This document shows, in pieces, positions 55,546 through 64,000 of a stretch of DNA of 64,000 bases. Numbering within the stretch: the stretch's first letter is position 1; every line of letters starts with the position of its first letter. The stretch lies in contig NC_133621.1 in NCBI RefSeq assembly GCF_048593235.1, forward strand, positions 153,289,341 through 153,353,340. The letters are read 5' to 3'. Under the pieces are notes generated by a model that did not search any database, was not told the origin of the DNA, and saw nothing but the letters and a program-made list of their open reading frames with translations. The stretch is from Sminthopsis crassicaudata (taxonomy: Eukaryota). The position numbers and the translations under genes are program-made.

Positions 55546-56014
55546 GCAAAGAATGGGATCTCTCCTCAACTCCATTTTTTATAATCACTAGTTTCCTTCA
55601 AGGTTCTACTTCAATATTTCTTTCTTCAAGAAACCTTTTCTAATTCCCTTCCTTTGTTCTCCCTCCATCACTGTGTATTTATTTGAATATATACAATATT
55701 TATTAATCTTTAAACAAATTTTATCTAATGTCAGTAAAATATAAGTATCTTGAGGGGAAGAAATGTCTCACGTTTATCTTTATATCCAGGGATGTGCTGC
55801 TAAACATTTAACAATTGGCTCTCAAACTCCTCCCCTCCAAAAAAAAAATTATACTCAACATACTTTTAAGTCTAATCTGAATTATTAGCATTTAAGTTTA
55901 TTAACATTTAAATTTAATCTAAATTACTAGCATAAAATATGAAAATTAACAGCTGTCACTTTCTTAAGTCTAGACTAGTGGATGAAATTCAAATAGAAAT
56001 AGTAGTCATTAATC

Positions 56015-56235
56015 TGTTCATTGGGCAGCTGGGTACAGAGCACTAATGTCAAGAAGGCATCTTCCTAAATACAAATCAGGCCTCAGATATTTACTATCTG
56101 AGTGATGCTAGGAAAGTCATTCAACCCTATCTATCTCCATTTCCTCATCTGTAAAATGAACTGGAGAAGGAAATGGTAAACCACTCCTGTATTTTTGCCA
56201 AGAACACCCAACACCCAAAAGGGGGCACAAATTGT
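56015..56235 (+). mobile_element. CORE-SINE (Mar1-like)
   Basis: gggcagctgggtacagag head, tttcctcatctgtaaaatgaactggagaaggaaatggtaaaccactcc core and tail. Confidence 0.75.
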
Positions 56236-56502
56236 CGCAGAATTTACTAGCTAAATGTTTTATGATTATAAGGATATATACTTTTTGTGATTAGGATTGG
56301 TTCATTCTTTATGGATGAACTCATACTGCCAATTATACAAAACATGTCAAATAAAAATCCATGGACTGAATATAACAGCAAATAATAGAAATTGAAATAA
56401 TTTTAAGTTATAATCATTTTCTATATCTTTCTCATGGGCATATATTCATTATATTCATGTGCCTAATATGTGCAAAGCATTGTGGGATGATTTTTTGAGT
56501 AA

Positions 56503-56705
56503 NNNNNNNNNNNNNNNNNNNNNNNNNNNNNNNNNNNNNNNNNNNNNNNNNNNNNNNNNNNNNNNNNNNNNNNNNNNNNNNNNNNNNNNNNNNNNNNNNN
56601 NNNNNNNNNNNNNNNNNNNNNNNNNNNNNNNNNNNNNNNNNNNNNNNNNNNNNNNNNNNNNNNNNNNNNNNNNNNNNNNNNNNNNNNNNNNNNNNNNNNN
56701 NNNNN
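56503..56705. other. Assembly gap (203 N)
   Basis: N run. Confidence 1.
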
Positions 56706-59700
56706 TCCCAAAGTAATATTCTTATCTGGTCTTCTGTTGATCTTTTATTTTTGATGTTATATAAAGGTTAAGTTTTAAGCATATATTTTGATCACAAAAT
56801 GTACTTTCAATTAAAATAGGAAGAAATCATACTAGATCCTATTAAAAACACATGAAAAATAATCATTAAACTGACTGTATAATATTCCCAATCTCAAATA
56901 GCCTGAATTTTTTTAGTTGTCCACAACAGAATTTTTAAAGCAATCTCATTTTAAGTGACCTTTATCTTTATGCTCTATTAACAGAGAATTTTTCCAAAGC
57001 ATAAGAGGCTACCTAGTAATTCTGATAATTTTTCTAATGAAAGTAAATTTATAAAATTATCATAAGATCACTTTGTAGTGGCCTCTTCAGACTCTCTGAA
57101 TATAACAGATATAAAAGAAAGGGGGGGAAGATAAAGAATATATATCCCCTGTAGCTAGACCGTAGTGTAGCAAACAATGTCTTGGATCTTTTATGACATT
57201 CATCTTCATTCTAGGGAAGAAGCCGCTTACCAATGGCTACATTTATGAGCTATCTGGTCTCTTCCCACTTGTGAAGATAATAGACACAATAGACTGAGAC
57301 AACTATCTGTCACTCTATCTGTCAGCTAAGTCTGCTAAACTATTCTAGTGATATATGGAGAAACGATAAATAATCATTTATCCTTTCTCCAATTCTAACA
57401 TAGTCCAAACAATTTTGAATACAAAAAGGTCACTAGCAGAGTGGTAATACAGAGAGGCTCAGATAATAGACTGTCTCTCTTTGTTAATGTCTCCTGTTCG
57501 GTGGTAACAATATATTTTCTAGTGAGTTCCTAAGATTCTGATCCAGTTCTTTGTCACAAATCTGTCACTACATATATTGCTAGAGGTGATTGCTAAAGTT
57601 TAGTCTCTTGCCTATAAATGTGAAATGGGTTTATACCCACTTGATTGTATATGAATCTACTTCAGAAAAATGCTAGACTTTCTAGTTACCAGGGAGAATG
57701 ACCCTAAGACCTCTAATGAAAATGCATTCTACCTTCTAACTGGACTCTTATCTATCAAATATAAATAATGAACTTAAGTTTTCTACAAGCTCTATTCAGT
57801 CAATCAGTCTATCAATTATTATGTGGTAAGTCCTGTACTAAGTATGACTTTTATTTTTATATCTCCATATCTAGAAAGGTATCATGTTAAAGAGAATAAT
57901 AGGTTGCCCTTATAAAGTGTGGGGTTCAAGAACCTTTTCTGACACATTTTCCTACAGGATCATTGGGGGTTATTTAATTGTCTGATACCTGTGTAACTAA
58001 CGTTTGCAAATCAGCATTGGCAGTGGAAGTTTCCTCACTGGGAGTTACTCAGAGAAATCACAGATTTGCACAGGTTTCCTCCCCACACTTTATAAAACTG
58101 GGGACATTTTAGTTATAATATTCTATGCCCGAATTTAAAAAAAAACATACATAAAACAGGAAAATGAAAAAATAGTACTTAAGTTTATATTCCTAGCTTT
58201 CAAAACAGAAAACATATTCCCAAGTTTTAATCTTATTTTTGTACTCAAAACACACCTGTTCTTACAAATAGTCATCTATTGTTATCCCAACTTGCCTGGT
58301 GAGAAACAGGAATATAGCTTAAAATATCCAATATCAATAAAGATATTGCTGCAGCATTACTGAGCTCAGAAGTTAATTCTCCTGATCAGAGTCATAATTT
58401 AAATGGAATAGCCAGAATTTTATAGAGTGAACCAAATTTTGAGAATATATACTATCTTATTAGTACTCCATACAGATTTTAATGCCTAGTCCCTCAAATA
58501 ATTAATTAAAATGAAAGTCATGAATGTAGGATGTAAAAGAGAGCTCATCCCTAACCCTTTTATTATCCTTCAATTTCAACAAACTCCACCACCCCAATAG
58601 AAGCCTTGTGACGTGCTTCTTACATCTGTTTCTTTTTTTTTTTTAATTTTAAACTTAAATACAAAAAGGAAAAGGGGGAAAAATGTCATGTACACAACAA
58701 AACATGAGAGGATTCAATATATAAAGCAATAAATTCATGTACTATTTCTACAGGTAATAAGCATATTATACTTTTGCCAGCCTGGAAATTGAATGGTGGA
58801 ATATTATATTTGCATAAAACTAAACACATAATGTTTATGCAAAATAGACTCATTCTAACCTACTAATCTCATGAGTCACTAGTGGAAAATAATTGTTTAT
58901 CCAAAACAACTTATATAAACAGCAACTTAAAATGCTGTTGAGAATTATTGAGTAACTTTTCATATCTTTAACTCATGCTAAAAAGCAGCAGTATCCATTT
59001 AATGAAAATGGAAGAAAAATATAGTGATGAGATGTTTTTCCAGCAAAATTGTAATAATAATCCTTTCTTTAAAAAAAAAAAAACTTTCAGGCAAAGTAGT
59101 GCCTTAATATTTTACTGAATTTTTCTAATCTTAAATAAAAAGCAATAATTTTGTTTCTATCTTGACAACACATTGGAAGATGAACATTTACAATAAAAAT
59201 AAAAAGCTGAACTATGATATGGTAATGCATGACATCTCAAATAAAAAATCAACTTAGTGGGACAGAATAATATCTTTACTAACAAAAATAATGTTTCCAT
59301 TGTAGAATTTCTTTGTTAGAGTCTAGAGTTTGTTTTTTTTTTGTTTGTTTTTTATACCTTTATAGGTATAAATATATCCTCCCTTTAAAAAACAGGCTTC
59401 AGTTATTAAAAAATTTTAATTTATTGGTTTATTAGAAATAATAAACAGACCTGCTTAATGTTCTTTTCTGCTTCCTACTTTTTCTTCCAAAGACCCTTAG
59501 CAAACTATAGATTTGGGTATAGAAAAATTTCCATATTATCACTCTACCTAGATTTTGACCTGAATATATAATGCAAAATATGTGGGAAAATGAGAAGAAT
59601 TTTTGAATCCCATATTCCCATCCACATTTTGGCCCCCTTTTTTTTCTTTTTGTTAGATCAGGAATCAGGGACTCAAGAGTAGACTTTTCTAGCATAAGAA

Positions 59701-60043
59701 ATGGCAGCAGATGGTCATTAATTATAGAGCATGGAGTTCTTAAAGAAGTAATGGCTAGGGCAAACATATTCTCAACCAAATAACCCATGGAAATACTTTT
59801 CTGGGTAGTGTGGTCTAAGAACCCATCAAGACAAAGGAATTTTTTGGTTAGAAGGCCTCTTATAAAAAGAAAACTTTCATGTTTATAGATTCTAATGTAG
59901 GAAAAATTAAGGACAAACAGAAGAAAATGTAATATGGGAGAAAAACTGAATTTTGTTATCTACTATTATTAGGAGTTATCCAAATGATAGGAAAGATTGT
60001 TTGTCCAGGAAGTTTTCAACTATGTTTCTCACTAGGGTAAGTG

Positions 60044-60202
60044 NNNNNNNNNNNNNNNNNNNNNNNNNNNNNNNNNNNNNNNNNNNNNNNNNNNNNNNNN
60101 NNNNNNNNNNNNNNNNNNNNNNNNNNNNNNNNNNNNNNNNNNNNNNNNNNNNNNNNNNNNNNNNNNNNNNNNNNNNNNNNNNNNNNNNNNNNNNNNNNNN
60201 NN
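60044..60202. other. Assembly gap (159 N)
   Basis: N run. Confidence 1.
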
Positions 60203-60314
60203 AGATATGCCATATAGGGATGTATGTATGTGTATGTGTTCAATTCCCTTGAGTTTTATGCATCATCATCGGGATAAAGGCTATCCAATTATCACTAAAT
60301 GCATTGTTATCTTC

Positions 60315-60779
60315 TGTTGCGAGCTGTCGTCTCTAGAAGCTGCTATTGTTGCGAGCTGTCGTCTCTAGAAGCTGCTGGATCGCTCTCTGGGAAGAGATCT
60401 GCTGTGTCTACTCAAATCTCTCAGACAGATTCTTCTTCCTCTAGTGAACCGTTGTCTCCATGTAGTTGCTGTTAACTCTTGTCCAAAGAAGTGACTTCCC
60501 TTCCTGCAGAGAGCCCCGTCAAGCTTGATGCAATGCAGAGTCCTTCTTCTTGAATCCTGGCTCTGAATCTCCTCCAGCTCTTATCCTTCTCCAGGCCGAT
60601 CTGCTCTCTGCACCCATTGCTGTCTCTTTTTATCCTCCCAGAGAATGGGCGTGGGATAATGCAAGGGCTTCTGGGAAGAACCACCCCAGCCAATGGGCTT
60701 GCTCCTTCTACCAAGTCAACCTGAGTTCTCACCTTGTAACTATCCAGACAACCTCAGTTCTCACTTAGTAATCCTAACA
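60315..60779 (-). mobile_element. Young ERV solo LTR with a duplicated 30-bp terminus
   Basis: TGTTG...CTAACA termini; perfect 6-bp TSD ATCTTC at 60309-60314 and 60780-60785; about nine CpGs retained; TATA-like GATAAAAA on the minus strand near 60627-60634. Orientation is inferred. Confidence 0.9.
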
Positions 60780-61681
60780 ATCTTCAATGCTTATAAATAA
60801 TACAAAATGTCCTTTCACCATCATCTATAGAGATTATTTTTAGATTTTTCCAGAGTACACTTGGGACAGAGACAACATAAACCCCAAAGTTATATTTTGT
60901 GTCATTCTGCAGATTAGACTCAATCCTAGATAAATTTAGAGTTTGGTTGCACATAAAATATCAAATAAATATCTGAATGCCAATAGGAAGAGGGATTATG
61001 ACAGAGAAAGGCCTGAATCCTGCTCAGACAGGGAAGATTAAGGGGACTGGAAGAGAATCTAGAGAGAAGACCTGTCTATCAAGTTTCAGATCTTGAAGTG
61101 TTATTAATAAAGCACACAAGCTCCTTAGTCCCTAGAAGCCATAAAAATAGGCTTCTAGTTGCCAAAAGCTAAGTCCTTGAGGGCCAGTGGAGAAGACTAC
61201 CAATTGAGGAAGGAAAGGAAGAAAAAAGAGAAAAAGGCAGCAGATAACTGTTGTTAATTTCTACCCTTTTTTCTCTATTTTTATCAAGGATGAGGGAAGA
61301 GGCATAGTGGGGAAAATTTAGGTGATATAATGACAAAATGTATCAATAAAATCTGCTAAAATAACAAAAAAGAGGATACCAGATAACACAGACTTTTAAT
61401 TTTGCTATTAGAATTTAATCAAAATACAAATTATGCCATTAGAGTAGTGATCATTCTGTCAATATGTGTAAATGAGTAAAATCAGATTAATTATTTTAAC
61501 AAAAGGAAGAAAGTAAGAAAATAGTAAATGTAATAAGAAGAGAATGAGAATGGCTTGGGACAAAGGAAATAATACAAAAATAAGAGAAAGACAAAATGTT
61601 CCAAATTTTGTATAGAAATAATAGATCTGTTAACATTTAACTACTATGAGTACAAATGGAGAAAACTATATGGAGAGGTAT

Positions 61682-61699
61682 TTTTGATATCATTGTCTA

Positions 61700-61750
<51 letters not shown>
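61682..61750. repeat. (TG)n microsatellite, about 61701-61750, with short flank
   Basis: Directly visible long tgtgtg run. Confidence 0.9.
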
Positions 61751-61754
<4 letters not shown>

Positions 61755-61879
61755 ACATAAAAGAGATTTGCATGTGTATGTGGTTGTGGGGGGAGTTTTC
61801 ATTTGTTTTAAATAAAGGTTTGCAATAGAATGTTTCATTTCATTTTATAAGGATTTTGCTACATTTTTTTAAGAACATA

Positions 61880-62050
61880 GATTTAGCCCTGGAAGGGTCA
61901 TTAACTGACATTAAGTTTAACTCCCTCCTGTAACAAAGGAGAAAACTGAGGCACAGAGATATTAAAAGACATTCTTGGGATAACAAAATTTGTGGCAAAG
62001 GCTGTATTTGTACTCAGTTCCTTCTAAGTGAAACAGCCAATATCCACTAC
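61880..62050 (-). mobile_element. MIR-like SINE
   Basis: ctggaagggtcattaactgac...acaaaggagaaaactgaggcacagag...tttgtactcag. Confidence 0.6.
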
Positions 62051-62124
62051 ACTACACTACTGAGATTCCCACTGATACATTTCTAATACATATATACAAA
62101 TACCTAGAGGTAAATAGATCCTCA

Positions 62125-62580
62125 AAAGAGGAGAAGGAGGAGGAGAGAAGAGGGAGAAGAGAAGGAGGGGGGAGAAAGGGAGAAGGGGGAGAGAGGGAAG
62201 ATGGGCAGAGAGGGAGAAAGGGGAGGAAGAAGAGGAGAGGGAGGAAGAAAAGCAGGAAAAAAGAGAGGAAGGAGGAGAGAGGGAAGAGGGGGAGAGAGGG
62301 ATGAGGGGAAAGGAGGAAGGAGGGGGAGAGAAGGAAGAGGAGAAGGATGAAGAGGATAAGGAGAAAAAAGAGGAAAAGGAAAAAGTAGGAAGAGAAGAGG
62401 AGGAAAAGAGAAGGAGGAAGAAAATGAGGAGGGGAAAGAAGAAGAGGATGAAAAGGAGGAGGAGAGAGAAGAAGCGGAGGAGGAGAAAGAAAAAGCGGAG
62501 GAAGAAGAGGAGAAAGGAGGAGGAAGAAGAAAAGTAATAGCAGAAGCAAAGATAAAGATGAAGGGGAAGATGAAAAAAGT
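62125..62580. repeat. GA-rich purine low-complexity tract (about 450 bp)
   Basis: Almost exclusively A/G on the + strand (GAG/GAA/AGG repeats). Confidence 0.9.
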
Positions 62581-64000
62581 AGCAGTAGCTCTTATTTGCT
62601 TGTTTTACATATGAAGACTCTGAGATTAAAGATGAAGGGACTACTCCATATTCATACCTTTGAACTCACAGTCTTTGACTCTGGAGCCAGTTCTCCCCAC
62701 CCTTCCCCACCTATACACTACATCTTGTGCTTTTAAACCTACTTCTAATGCTCCATGTGCTAGTATGAAGTTATTTGGAACATTCATGAAAATACAGAAA
62801 AGTGTGTGGAAGAAGTGAGATAGACAACCCAAAGAAAGCTGGCTTTTTTTCAGTAAGTAAACCACAGACATTCAGAAGAACTGAGAATAAGGCTCATTAT
62901 GTTAGTGAATTATTAATAAGAAATTTATAAAGAAACCCCCAAAGAGCGATAATATTGTGGGAGATTCTATACCAGGGTTTTAAAAGCAAAGTCCCTCAAT
63001 TACTCAGATTCAGTGTCCTGGATTGGTTTCACTTTTGAAAAATAAGATTATTCTTCAGTCTTAATAACTACATAGCATAATTGAAGAAGAAAAAACAGAC
63101 AGATTTGTCCTTAATGTCCCAAATATATTGAGTTGATTGTTATATAGGATATTTTGGTCACAGCATTATTAGCAACTCTCATTCATTCTGCCAAATCTTC
63201 AAAAATGAAATTTTGGATTTTCAATAACAGATTTTATCCATGTCATTCCCCATAGATACAAAACTTTATTATATTATTCTCTCACGCCTTTCTCTGCTCA
63301 GCCCTTTGAGAGTTTCTCTTTCTTTTAGGATAGCTTTTCAAGAAATAGTAATAACATTTAGGACAAGAAAACCTACTGAAGTAATTTTTAAATTCTGAAA
63401 ATTACTTAATTCTTTTATGCTACATGTCTTTGTCTCAAGGCCAATTAAATAGCAGGATTTTATTTGCTTTCCTTTTTATTTTTTTGGTGGTAGACCATTT
63501 TTGGTAGATAATTTTTGAAAATTAAATTCTTTTATCTGTTATTTTTATTACTTTCCTTTCTTAATATACACCACCACTCCTTCTCCCCCCCCCCAAAATT
63601 GATTATGACAAATTATTTGGAAGAAGAAAAAATGTTTTACCTATAATAACCCACATATTAGACAGGTCTGACACTGTGTTAAATGCCCCCCACCCATTCT
63701 ATGCCACTTCTGCAAACAAAAGATGTAGAAGAATTTTCATATATGTTTTCTTAGGTTAAGCTTATTCTGTACTTAATTTTATTAAAAAACCAAAATTTAA
63801 AATAATTGGGCAAAATGAAAAAAGTATAGGAAGTATAGACAGCAATTCCTGAACTTAATAACTGTCTTCTTGAATAAACCATGTTTTCTTTCAGAGTGTC
63901 AGTTTATTCATCTGTTAAATGAAGCTAACAAGTCAACTGTTAGTCCCTTTCTAGCACATAAGTGTCATGTGATTTTAGGCTATTAATCAATTTCTTAAAT

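Noticed and set aside
57231-57267. Possible 37-nt cryptic poison exon on the minus strand (cacaAG|TGGGAAGAGACCAGATAG...CATTG|GTAAGC)
   Set aside because: Good donor but weak polypyrimidine tract; such pairs are expected by chance in 64 kb and there is no transcript evidence.
59432-59788. 118-aa minus-strand ORF starting MGYLVEN
   Set aside because: Non-ATG start in the sequence (TTTCCATGGGTTATTTGG gives an internal read), no similarity to CACNA2D1 or viral proteins that I recognise.
62052-62549. 165-aa L/P/F-rich ORF and the opposite 78-aa E/K/R-rich ORF
   Set aside because: Translations of the GA low-complexity tract; no domain signal and no splice context.

Overview
AT-rich mammalian intronic DNA with a repeat landscape typical of a marsupial (CORE-SINEs with Mar1-like tails, marsupial-type L1 3' ends, L2 and L3/CR1 relics, many ERV solo LTRs). 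A dasyurid such as Tasmanian devil is my inference and is not proven. The only host coding sequence I can support is one 117-bp exon on the minus strand (41260-41376, [39 protein letters not shown]). I recognise it as CACNA2D1 (calcium channel alpha2delta-1), matching human residues 60-98, which I recall as exon 3. The rest of the window is therefore most likely CACNA2D1 introns 2 and 3. It has four N gaps. Nearly all ORFs in the supplied track are spurious or L1 ORF2 fragments. Two observations stand out. (i) Several solo LTRs have duplicated or extended U5 ends inside their target-site duplications; one carries two tandem 41-bp units of tRNA-Lys PBS plus a new CA end. (ii) A perfect 34-bp inverted repeat (88-nt hairpin) lies just downstream of a CCAAT-CCAAT-TATA cluster. 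I see no prokaryote-type system, CRISPR array or intact novel gene. Repeat family names and boundaries are from recall and eye alignment, not from a database search.
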